A stretch of DNA of 64,000 nucleotides from positions 1,735-65,734 of the forward strand of contig CAAGLY010000024.1 in the NCBI GenBank assembly GCA_900770925.1, in the 5' to 3' direction. Each line of letters starts with the position of its first letter. Within the stretch, counting starts at the first letter, position 1. This document shows, one piece after another, positions 56,044 through 64,000 of this stretch. A program made the translations under genes and the position numbers. The notes under the pieces were generated by a model. The model worked only from the letters and a program-made list of their open reading frames with translations, had not been told where the DNA came from and did no database searches. This DNA comes from Bacilli bacterium (GTDB taxonomy: Bacteria > Bacillota_I > Bacilli_A > RFN20 > CAG-288).

Positions 56044-57477
56044 TTAATCGTCCTGGTCTAAAGCAGCTAATCCTTTCTTGATAGTGGTCTTCTTTGTTTT
56101 GACGTTCTTGACAAAGAAGAAGACAAGGAAGGAGACAGCCCTGCAGCAGAGGGCATAGACCGGGAGATAGTTCCAACCGAAGCTCGGGTGGAGAAGGAGC
56201 AAACCAAGCAAGCACGGAGTGATGGTCTGTGCTGCCCTTGAGGCAGCATAGTAGTAGCCAGTGAAACGTCCGATTTTCTTGCTTGAGCAGAGTTCGACAA
56301 CCATCGGGAAGGAGTTGACGTGGACAAGGGACATGCCAAGACCTTTGAGGAACCAGATGGCATAGATATAGATAGGGAAGGCATTGTACTCACCTTGTGC
56401 GGGAACCTTGACTGGAATCGCAAAGGTCCTGATGACCCAGAAGGCTAAGGATAAAGCTGTTAAGCTAAGTCCAGAGACAATGGTCCATTTACGGCCGAGT
56501 TTTTCAGCAAGCAGGCCACCGACAATGAAGCCGATGACGGAACCGACACCGCCTAAGATTGTATTAACGGATAAAGCACGGGTGGAACTCTTGAGATAAT
56601 AAAGGGTATAGTTCCCCATAAAGGTTCCGATGCCGTTATCTGCCCTGAACCAGAAGAATTCAGCGACAAGAATCAGAATCAACCTTGTCTTATTGGCCTT
56701 GCTCCTTGGAGCATCATCGGTGACTTTGTCTTCGACTGCAGCTTCTTCTTCTCCGCGTTTCCTTTCTTCTGCCCTTTCTGCTTCAATCTTATTTTCTTTG
56801 ATTTTAATAAAGAGGATAAGAGCAGAAATAATCATTAAGACGGAAGCAATGAGGAAGGGAGCTTCAATAGCCCAGATGTTTCCAGTCTGCCAGGTAGTTG
56901 CTCCGTTCTTGCCTAGATACTGGGAGAGAACAAAGACCATACCGACAATGGTAGCACAGGCACCACCGAGATAACCCATGATATTGATTAATCCGTTGGC
57001 ACGGGAACGAAGCGGCTTTGGAGTCCTATCTGGCCTTAAAGCAACGGCTGGATTACGGTACATCCTCCTGAAGAAGACAACAATTGCCATCCTGGCAATT
57101 GTGCCAGCTATATTGTTATAGTGGAAGAAAACCGGAACGAACGGGAAGGCGATAGCTGATACGAATGTTCCCACTAGGATGTAAGGCATACGCTTACCTA
57201 GTTTGGTATGGGTCTTATCGGATAGATGTCCGAAGATCGGAAGCATGATGAGAGCGGTTAAGTTATCAAGAGCCCTCCTGACACCGACGAGATACTGGAC
57301 ATCTTCTTCTTTTTCTGCACTGAGTGCTTCTTTGAATAACTCGGTGAGGAAAGTAGGACACCAGGAATCATAGACCTGCCATAACAAAAGAATACCGAAA
57401 AACGCAAAGCCGATGATCCTGGTACGTTTGTAGTTCAGTTTCATTGGCTTCTGACTGCTTTGTGATTGTTCAGCCAT
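56044..57477 (-). CDS. MFS transporter (GPH / sugar-cation symporter-like).
   Basis: 477 aa, 12 TM with a central charged loop. Confidence 0.55.
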   Translation of the reverse strand: MAEQSQSSQKPMKLNYKRTRIIGFAFFGILLLWQVYDSWCPTFLTELFKEALSAEKEEDVQYLVGVRRALDNLTALIMLPIFGHLSDKTHTKLGKRMPYILVGTFVSAIAFPFVPVFFHYNNIAGTIARMAIVVFFRRMYRNPAVALRPDRTPKPLRSRANGLINIMGYLGGACATIVGMVFVLSQYLGKNGATTWQTGNIWAIEAPFLIASVLMIISALILFIKIKENKIEAERAEERKRGEEEAAVEDKVTDDAPRSKANKTRLILILVAEFFWFRADNGIGTFMGNYTLYYLKSSTRALSVNTILGGVGSVIGFIVGGLLAEKLGRKWTIVSGLSLTALSLAFWVIRTFAIPVKVPAQGEYNAFPIYIYAIWFLKGLGMSLVHVNSFPMVVELCSSKKIGRFTGYYYAASRAAQTITPCLLGLLLLHPSFGWNYLPVYALCCRAVSFLVFFFVKNVKTKKTTIKKGLAALDQDD

Positions 57478-57587
57478 AAGAGTTAGATTTCCTTTCTTTT
57501 TCCATTATTATAAGTGCTAATTGATAAAAAAAGAAGAAAAACAGCCTTTGAATCACAATTATCGAATACAACTATTTCAAGCAAAAA

Positions 57588-58247
57588 CTATTTAATAGGA
57601 TTTTTGCTAAAGACTTCTTCTACTTGCCTTGGAAGTTCCTTTATGGAATGAATTGGATTCCTATCTGGATCGATGTTTCCAAAGCCATAAGCAGCATGGA
57701 TAAAAAGAACTCCGGCATGAAGAGATTCCACCCTATCCTTTTTGGTATCTCCGATATAGATGACTTCCTTGATGTTCTCTTTTTCTTTTAATACCTGAAT
57801 GTTTCTCCACTTTGGAAGATTGGTATCTCCAGCACAGAGATGACCTTTGAACAGATTATTCAAAGAATAGGAATCCAGGTAGCTCTCGATATATCCGACA
57901 TCACTATTGCTGACAACATAAAGAGGATATTTCTCTTTTAGCTTCCTTAATACTTCTTTTTCCTCTGGATATAAGATACCAGGTTCCTTATAAAGGAACT
58001 TCACTTCATCTCTGACACAGGTCCGGAAGACCTCAAGTGCTTTCTTTTCCTCTAGTCCAGGGAAAGCAATCGGAGCTGTCTCCTCTGGAGTCAGACCCCT
58101 ATGGCTTGTAATATCCTTCTCCGTGAAGGAATAAGGAAGATTCAATCTTTTCCTTGTCCTGTTCCAGCTTTTTGTAATGGAACTGACAGAGTTCCATAAA
58201 GTTCCATCTAAATCAAAGAATAATGCTTTTTCCATTTTGATATACAC
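57588..58247 (-). CDS. HAD-family hydrolase (phosphatase).
   Basis: FFDLDGTLW is motif I. YIGDTKKD is the motif IV region. Confidence 0.65.
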   Translation of the reverse strand: MYIKMEKALFFDLDGTLWNSVSSITKSWNRTRKRLNLPYSFTEKDITSHRGLTPEETAPIAFPGLEEKKALEVFRTCVRDEVKFLYKEPGILYPEEKEVLRKLKEKYPLYVVSNSDVGYIESYLDSYSLNNLFKGHLCAGDTNLPKWRNIQVLKEKENIKEVIYIGDTKKDRVESLHAGVLFIHAAYGFGNIDPDRNPIHSIKELPRQVEEVFSKNPIK

Positions 58248-58271
58248 TCTTGTTCATTTTACACGAAAAAA

Positions 58272-58297
58272 GGACAAGATAGAGAACTATCTTGTCC
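58272..58297 (-). terminator. Terminator after the secreted-protein operon (minus strand).
   Basis: Perfect 11-bp stem GGACAAGATAG agaa CTATCTTGTCC. The minus strand continues with TTTTTTCG. Confidence 0.6.
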
Positions 58298-58331
58298 AAT
58301 TAGGTGGATTAAGACAAAGCCTTTCTGTTCT

Positions 58332-60272
58332 TTAGGATTTACAGTCAGCATTATCCGTTTTCTTCTTTGTTCCAGTTCCTATTTCTGTAATAGTGAATCC
58401 AGAACCGATAGGCGAAACATAATAGAGAATCGAATCATTGATTCTACGGAAAGAATATACATATTCACTAGAAGAGGTTCCATTGATTGAGAAGAGAGAG
58501 TTCGATTCTGTATAACCTGGATCCGTAAGCTTAGTCAGCTTTTCATTCGCATCTGCAGTAACAAAATCAAGCTTACTAATACTTCCTTTATCTGTGGTAG
58601 AACCACCACCGTTTGCACCGATATCCATATATGCGATGTAGGGGCCTCCAGAAACTCCTACAATAGCATATTCGTAATCTAAATCTGTTACATCTACTGC
58701 AAAGTATCGATATTTTACATTTTTGCCAAATCGTATACTTGCAATGGGGGATATTTCAGTAAAATAGGTTGAATAATCACCTGGATGCTGTCTTTTAAGT
58801 TGGTATATATAAATAAGGGCCAAACTGTCGCTATCAGGATCAGGATTTTTAGCTAATATAATGAATTTTCCTGTTCTTATTGGCGTAATCCAGACACATC
58901 GTTTTGGCAATAACAAATATCCATTTCTACTGTTAGAAGACTTCCATTTTCCAACTGATGCATTTTCAATAATGTCATAACCATCACCTTTTGTTAAAGC
59001 ACGTTCCAAAATTGAAGATTCACTAGAATTACCGCTGAGTCGCCTTAAGTATTGGCCATTTTTTTTGCCATAGGAACTCTTTGAGTTTAGATAATCAAGG
59101 ACACTAGGATCAATGGTATCACCTGAATCGATTTGTATTGAGATGTCGTTAGCATTATAGACATAATCGTCTGGCACTTGGTTATTGTAGACTTTGATGT
59201 CACTTCCGACAAAATAACCGATATTATTTCCTTTGTCACTTGCTTCAAAGTAAGAAGCATGAGGTACTGTGGCATTTGGTTGTTCTTTCTTCAAAGTGGT
59301 GTCATAAATAGTAATATTACTTTCACTTTTCTTAGGCGTTTGCCTCGAACTACCAACTGCTTTTTTGAAAGGAATTGCTGTATTTTTTCCTATTTCTGCA
59401 ACATCCTTATCCTTACTTCTTAAATCATTAAAAATCTGGCCGAAATCAGTGCTTGTTCCATATCCGACATCTCCACCTGGTTTATCTTCCCATTCGTAGC
59501 CGTCTTGGTTGTAGTCACCAATCAGGGTATAGGATGAGACGTTATTGAAGGCATCGATTTTTGTAACGTTTGATCCGATTTTGATGGTGGCATAGTGGAC
59601 ACCGCAATAGGAAATCGAGGCGTTAGCATAGCCGGCAAAAATACCACACAAAGTATTATTTGAAGATGTGTTGATGGTCACATTGTTCAGATAAAGATTG
59701 GCAACGGAATTGATGACAGAGGAATAAGAATAACTCAGTGTATTATGGGAGCCGATGATACCGAAGAATCCGACAATCTGAATATTTTCCTTGTTAAACG
59801 AATCCGATGTTACATTATAAGGATGTTTGTTTAAATCGTTGAAGTTATTACTGACTGTGAGGTTGTTGATGGTAACATTGTTTCCATCAAAGTTTCCAAG
59901 GAATGGATTGCTTTCGGTTCCAATGGGAGGTAGGACAAAATCCTTCCTATCGAGTCCGGAGTCCTTCAAGGAGTCATCCCTTTTGAAATAGTACTGCTTA
60001 TCAATAGCAGTGGAATCACTGTCTACGTTCTTGTTGAACTCTCCTAAGTATTGTAGCCAGGCTAAATTATAAAGGTGTCTCTGGTTTTTAATCAGATAAG
60101 GAGTGCCTTCCGTTCCGTCTCCGCCACCGAAATAAGCACCCTGTGAACTGCCCTCAATGATAGCAGGGGTGACGCTGGTCTTGTTATCGAACCAGGCGAT
60201 GGTGGAGGCGATAGCGGCAAGGATGCCTCCGGAGACGATGATACTGACAATAAATGCGGTTCTATGTTTCAT
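58332..60272 (-). CDS. Secreted/anchored 646-aa protein with a TasA/SipW-cognate-like N-terminal signal and a right-handed beta-helix-like core.
   Basis: N-terminus MKHRTAFIVSIIVSGGILAAIASTIAWFDNKTSV (compare camelysin GGTFAFFSD). Repetitive NNVTINNLTVSNNF / LYLNNVTINTSSNN turns. Confidence 0.5.
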   Translation of the reverse strand: MKHRTAFIVSIIVSGGILAAIASTIAWFDNKTSVTPAIIEGSSQGAYFGGGDGTEGTPYLIKNQRHLYNLAWLQYLGEFNKNVDSDSTAIDKQYYFKRDDSLKDSGLDRKDFVLPPIGTESNPFLGNFDGNNVTINNLTVSNNFNDLNKHPYNVTSDSFNKENIQIVGFFGIIGSHNTLSYSYSSVINSVANLYLNNVTINTSSNNTLCGIFAGYANASISYCGVHYATIKIGSNVTKIDAFNNVSSYTLIGDYNQDGYEWEDKPGGDVGYGTSTDFGQIFNDLRSKDKDVAEIGKNTAIPFKKAVGSSRQTPKKSESNITIYDTTLKKEQPNATVPHASYFEASDKGNNIGYFVGSDIKVYNNQVPDDYVYNANDISIQIDSGDTIDPSVLDYLNSKSSYGKKNGQYLRRLSGNSSESSILERALTKGDGYDIIENASVGKWKSSNSRNGYLLLPKRCVWITPIRTGKFIILAKNPDPDSDSLALIYIYQLKRQHPGDYSTYFTEISPIASIRFGKNVKYRYFAVDVTDLDYEYAIVGVSGGPYIAYMDIGANGGGSTTDKGSISKLDFVTADANEKLTKLTDPGYTESNSLFSINGTSSSEYVYSFRRINDSILYYVSPIGSGFTITEIGTGTKKKTDNADCKS

Positions 60273-60277
60273 ATTGC

Positions 60278-61057
60278 TTATAAGGTTAAGACGAAGTCGA
60301 TGTTATCGAACAGGACTTTTTCGTTATTAAGGGCAGGATTGGAGAGGTTAAGGGAATAGAGATATTCGATGTTATCGCTGTTGTAGCTTAAGATAAGAGC
60401 GATAGATTTCCTCTTTCCTGTCCTTTGATAGAGATCAAGGGACTGATTATAGGTGATTCCGTTTGTTACGGAATAATTGGCAAAGGATGAAAAGTTCCTT
60501 TCCTGACTAGATAGATCATAGCTGCTTTTATCAAAGGAAAAAGCAGTAAAGGAGATGATTGAGGATAAATCATTATATTTGTCGGATAACTGTTTTTTCG
60601 GTATTCCGTTCTCTAAATAGAATAAGGAATTCTCCTCGTTTGTCATAGAGGTTGCCGTCAGCTTGAGATGATACTTATCCTCACTCTGATCCTGCTTAAA
60701 GTTATAGACGAATAGGAGGACTTTTCGTGAATCGGTAACGGAATAGGTTCCGATATCGATTTTTGTATTTCCGTTTCCATGATAGACAAGAGTGTTGCTG
60801 TTTGTATCGGAGAAAACATAACTGCCGCTGCTTTCTTCATTAAAAATGAAGGGAGAGGAGGCATTCTCTTTCTGGGTATGTATTTCAATGGATTCAAGGA
60901 TGGAGTTTTCTTTTGTCACTTCAAACCCGTTACCATTCGCTTTGACATTGCGATAGGCAGTGAACCAGGCTACAGAGGCAGCGAAGAAAGTTGCTAATGT
61001 AAAGAGGGTCCTGGAGGTAAAAGCGATAAGCTTTGCATTTTTACCCTTGAGTTTCAT
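60278..61057 (-). CDS. 259-aa secreted protein, TasA/camelysin-size, with a SipW-cognate-like signal peptide.
   Basis: MKLKGKNAKLIAFTSRTLFTLATFFAASVAWFTAYRNV is a signal anchor followed by an A-W-F motif. The size is similar to TasA (~260 aa). Confidence 0.45.
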   Translation of the reverse strand: MKLKGKNAKLIAFTSRTLFTLATFFAASVAWFTAYRNVKANGNGFEVTKENSILESIEIHTQKENASSPFIFNEESSGSYVFSDTNSNTLVYHGNGNTKIDIGTYSVTDSRKVLLFVYNFKQDQSEDKYHLKLTATSMTNEENSLFYLENGIPKKQLSDKYNDLSSIISFTAFSFDKSSYDLSSQERNFSSFANYSVTNGITYNQSLDLYQRTGKRKSIALILSYNSDNIEYLYSLNLSNPALNNEKVLFDNIDFVLTL

Positions 61058-61281
61058 GATTATCCGTAATTGGCAACTGGCAATCTAAGTTAGACCCTAT
61101 AGTTTTGCGTCATCAAATCGCTTTGATTTTGCTTTTGACGCTTAACATTATAAGTGACTAGCCTTATCCTTGCAAATGATTCAAAAGCATGATGGATTCA
61201 AAGCGTTATGAAAACGATAAAACAAGAAGGAGGCGAGTCTTTTTGACTATGAAAATCAGCAGAGGCCTAAAAAATTCCGCT

Positions 61282-62658
61282 TTAAATCAGCCCCGTCCTA
61301 TAGATTGGAATATAGAGGATTCCGTCTTCTGCTTTTAAATCCTTGGTGTAGATGATGATTGGCTCACCGATATTCTTTCTATCTTTGTTTTTTTCTAAAA
61401 AACAATCAAGAGAGACATGACTGTTATAGGAAGAGGACTTTACTTCAATCGGAGATAGTTTTCCTTTCCGCTGGACAAGAAAATCTATCTCGTATTTTGC
61501 TTTCTGATTTTCAAACGTATGGAAATAAAGAGAGTGTCCGCTTCCTTTTAATGCCTGACTGACCGAATTTTCGAAAAACATTCCCTGATTAATAGAAAGC
61601 TTGTTGAAAATCAGTTTCCTGTAGAGATCGTTCGAGGTGGATTCGTTATCTTTTAGAATCTGCGTGATAAGTAAACCGGTATCGGAGCTATAAATCTTGA
61701 TATCACTTGGAATTGAGGTGAGTCCTAATCCGACCGTCGGATCCGAGGTGTTCTGACAGAGATTGCCCCTCCTTGATTTCTCTATTCCATCTAATGAAGA
61801 GAGCCTATTGGAATATCGGCCTCCTTTTTTAATCGAGCTGAACTTCAGCATTTTATTCCGCGAGGAAAGGAAGGCGGGAATATGGGAGTAGATCGGAGAG
61901 GTAAAGGAGTGGTATTCAAGGTCGTATTTCTTTAAATCATCACCATAGAGATTGACAATATTCCGTTTGACTTTATCTACCAGACTGAAGTTGACTTTGT
62001 CTGATAGGTACTGTTCAACCGCCTGAGGCCTTCCGCCTACACACCTATAGGTTCTAAATAAAGACATCAGTTTACGGTTAACGACTTCTCCTAATGGTTT
62101 TCTGCTTTCAAACGCATCCTTTATCCTTGGATAAGATACTGTATCTCCCCTAGCCATCAGAAACTCTTCAAAGTCCATTGGATACCTTGATAGGTAATCG
62201 ACTTCACTAGGGTTGGTGAATCCTTTGGAGAGGAGCTTCAAGGTGATGAGAGAGCCGGTCTCGATAAAATCGTAACGTCCGTCTTTGACCAAATATTTCC
62301 TTCCCTCGTGAGCACGTGGGAAACGTTGGACTTCATCAAAGACAATTAGTGACTGACGTGGAAACAGTTCTGTGTGATAGTAAAGACTTAGTGAGCGGAA
62401 AAGACTATCTAGATCACGGAAACCGGCGTCGAATATTTTCCGGATTTCCTCTCCTTCTTCATCGAAGTCGATGAAGATATAGGAACGATATTCGTTTTCG
62501 GCAAACTCTTTGACTATGGTGCTTTTTCCGACTCGCCGCGCTCCTTCTAGTAAAAGACCCCGTGTTCCGTTAGAACAATTCTTCCATTCTAGAAGCTTGT
62601 TATATATTTTTCTCTTGAAAATATTCATTTGGCTCACTTCCTTAATCAGATGATACAA
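61282..62658 (-). CDS. AAA-family ATPase with DUF4143 (COG1373), second intact paralog.
   Basis: LLLEGARRVGKSTIV is the Walker A. It has the same architecture as 18218..19546. Confidence 0.65.
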   Translation of the reverse strand: MYHLIKEVSQMNIFKRKIYNKLLEWKNCSNGTRGLLLEGARRVGKSTIVKEFAENEYRSYIFIDFDEEGEEIRKIFDAGFRDLDSLFRSLSLYYHTELFPRQSLIVFDEVQRFPRAHEGRKYLVKDGRYDFIETGSLITLKLLSKGFTNPSEVDYLSRYPMDFEEFLMARGDTVSYPRIKDAFESRKPLGEVVNRKLMSLFRTYRCVGGRPQAVEQYLSDKVNFSLVDKVKRNIVNLYGDDLKKYDLEYHSFTSPIYSHIPAFLSSRNKMLKFSSIKKGGRYSNRLSSLDGIEKSRRGNLCQNTSDPTVGLGLTSIPSDIKIYSSDTGLLITQILKDNESTSNDLYRKLIFNKLSINQGMFFENSVSQALKGSGHSLYFHTFENQKAKYEIDFLVQRKGKLSPIEVKSSSYNSHVSLDCFLEKNKDRKNIGEPIIIYTKDLKAEDGILYIPIYRTGLI

Positions 62659-62825
62659 AAATCAGCAAATCTTTTCAACGGAAAAATACAAAAAACGGAA
62701 AATGTTTTTAGCTGAAAATGACGCAAACTGACAAATGTTAATCAAAAAGCACTTTTAATGAACATAAGTACAAAAACAAGACAAAGCAGCAAGCACATGA
62801 TTTACTAACTTATTATCATTAAAAA

Positions 62826-62846
62826 AGCCATCCGCTTAGGATGGCT
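62826..62846 (-). terminator. Terminator after the SHOCT membrane protein gene.
   Basis: AGCCATCC gctta GGATGGCT stem with a T-run on the minus strand. Confidence 0.5.
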
Positions 62847-62865
62847 AAGAATCGAACAATACCCG

Positions 62866-63597
62866 TTAGAGCAGTTCTTTTTTCTTCTGGTCGTACTCTT
62901 CCTGAGTAATGGCACCCTTATCGAGAAGTTCTTTGTATTTCCTGATTAGGTCTGCTTTCTCCCTCTGGGAGGGTTCAGGGTCTGCTTTATCTTCTGTAGT
63001 CTGTTTGATTTCCTGGTATATCGGTTTCCTCCTGACGAGGCAGATGATAGAGAGGATAGTGAAGAGAAGGGTAGTAATCTGATAGATGATTGCCCTTGCA
63101 CCGGAACCGGAGGAAAGGCAGAGAACAATAATATTGGCAATTGCAGCTATGCTCTCGATGACAATCAGGATGATTCTGCCTATGGCAGAATATCCTTTCT
63201 TTAATAGGCAGAGTGAGACAATAGAAGCAGCTAGGATGAGAATCAGCCTGATAAAGGAGGCTATATTGATATTCAGGTTAGAGCATAAGAGGGCAATATC
63301 CGTGAAGAAGTTAGCACTGTAGATAGAGGTTAGACTGATACTGGCAAAGAGCATGACTGCCCTTCCGGAATGATTTCTGTCTTTTGCTTTTGCTAGGATG
63401 ATGGAAGAGAGGATGATGAGGAAGGCACAGACAGCAAGGGAGAAAATATCTATCAAACCGACTCCGATGTAGTTAGCGTTGATGAAATTTATCCTATCAA
63501 TCCTGACGGCAATGAAACCGAATGCAAAATTAGTTATGCTGAGAATGAAGTAGGAGAGGAACAGACCAGATAGTAAACTGTATTTTCGATTATCCAT
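62866..63597 (-). CDS. Membrane protein with a C-terminal SHOCT domain.
   Basis: ~6 TM helices followed by KADLIRKYKELLDKGAITQEEYDQKKKELL, a typical SHOCT motif. Confidence 0.6.
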   Translation of the reverse strand: MDNRKYSLLSGLFLSYFILSITNFAFGFIAVRIDRINFINANYIGVGLIDIFSLAVCAFLIILSSIILAKAKDRNHSGRAVMLFASISLTSIYSANFFTDIALLCSNLNINIASFIRLILILAASIVSLCLLKKGYSAIGRIILIVIESIAAIANIIVLCLSSGSGARAIIYQITTLLFTILSIICLVRRKPIYQEIKQTTEDKADPEPSQREKADLIRKYKELLDKGAITQEEYDQKKKELL

Positions 63598-63685
63598 GAG
63601 TCATCCTCCTTGATGAACTAGGAACAATATAACACTTTTCGTTGATGAGATTATCAAAAAACCGGAGGCGAAAATGATAAATGCG

Positions 63686-64000
63686 ATGAGTAGATTATGC
63701 TTTTTCTTGTTTCCTTAGTTTGAACACACGGTCAACATCAATACGTAATTCACTAGCAAATCTATCAAGTCCCCTAATTGCAATATCAGAGTATTCGTAT
63801 TTAAGGTTAAAACCAATTTCACAGACTGGTTCGACTTTGTTTTTCTTTCCGGTAAGTTTGTTTTCAAAATCTTTAAATTCTTTACTATCAGTCCCTATCT
63901 TCCTGTCTTGGGCGACTTTCTTATATAGTTCGATTCCTTCAGTTGGAGTTAATTGATGCAGAAAAGAATAATTTTTCTTCCAATATTCGATTGTGTCAGC
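63686..64000 (-). CDS. Hypothetical protein (partial; the N-terminus is beyond the window end).
   Basis: The minus-strand frame is open from the window edge to TAA at 63686 (...YKKVAQDRKIGTDSKEFKDFENKLTGKKNKVEPVCEIGFNLKYEYSDIAIRGLDRFASELRIDVDRVFKLRKQEKA*). The ORF track omits it because it is edge-truncated. Confidence 0.4.

Noticed and set aside
1-64000. Possibility of genetic code 4 (UGA=Trp), as in many Mollicutes
   Set aside because: Dozens of ORFs of 300-980 codons are intact under the standard code, and conserved motifs align without needing UGA read-through.
1-64000. CRISPR arrays, IS elements, integrases and phage modules
   Set aside because: There are no regularly spaced short direct repeats, no transposase- or integrase-like ORFs, and no terminal inverted repeats. 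The only mobile-like signal is the multiplicity of DUF4143 ATPase genes.

Overview
This is a gene-dense (~85-90% coding) 64 kb chromosomal segment from a low-GC, lipoprotein-rich Bacillota / Mollicutes-like bacterium. It uses the standard genetic code, since long intact ORFs show no sign of UGA=Trp. Many proteins begin with MKK...LLSLLLLTGC-type lipoprotein signals. Three different ABC ATPases carry Lys/Glu-rich coiled-coil insertions of the kind seen in Mycoplasma/Acholeplasma-like lineages.

Gene content, left to right:
- A carbohydrate/hexuronate utilization locus: a divergent AraC-family regulator (partial, minus strand, 1-2059), a CUT2-type ABC importer (dual-NBD ATPase, two permeases, substrate-binding lipoprotein), an esterase, a large repeat lipoprotein, GH3, a UxuB-like SDR, a HAD hydrolase, an enoate-reductase-type flavoprotein and UxuA.
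- A COG1373/DUF4143 AAA ATPase.
- A MarR regulator with a heterodimeric ABC exporter.
- A minus-strand operon of three large surface lipoproteins with Big_2 domains and internal repeats.
- coaX plus a putative ECF S-component.
- A 33-codon remnant of a second DUF4143 ATPase.
- A complete oppABCDF operon with Mollicutes-style insertions.
- nrdD-nrdG, where NrdD carries a C-terminal thioredoxin-like domain.
- A 760-bp leader with periodic palindromes.
- hypB, a ~1000-aa YgfK/GltD-like Fe-S flavoprotein, and hypA in one operon.
- Two MATE exporters and an ABC-2 exporter.
- tRNA-Arg(TCG) bracketed by bidirectional terminators.
- A GDPD-MFS-HAD cluster.
- A bicistronic pair of secreted proteins with TasA/SipW-cognate-like N-termini (one a beta-helix protein).
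- A third DUF4143 ATPase and a SHOCT membrane protein.

I found no CRISPR array, IS element, integrase or phage module. ORFs truncated by the window edges (1-2059 minus, 63686-64000 minus) are absent from the supplied ORF track and were translated by hand.
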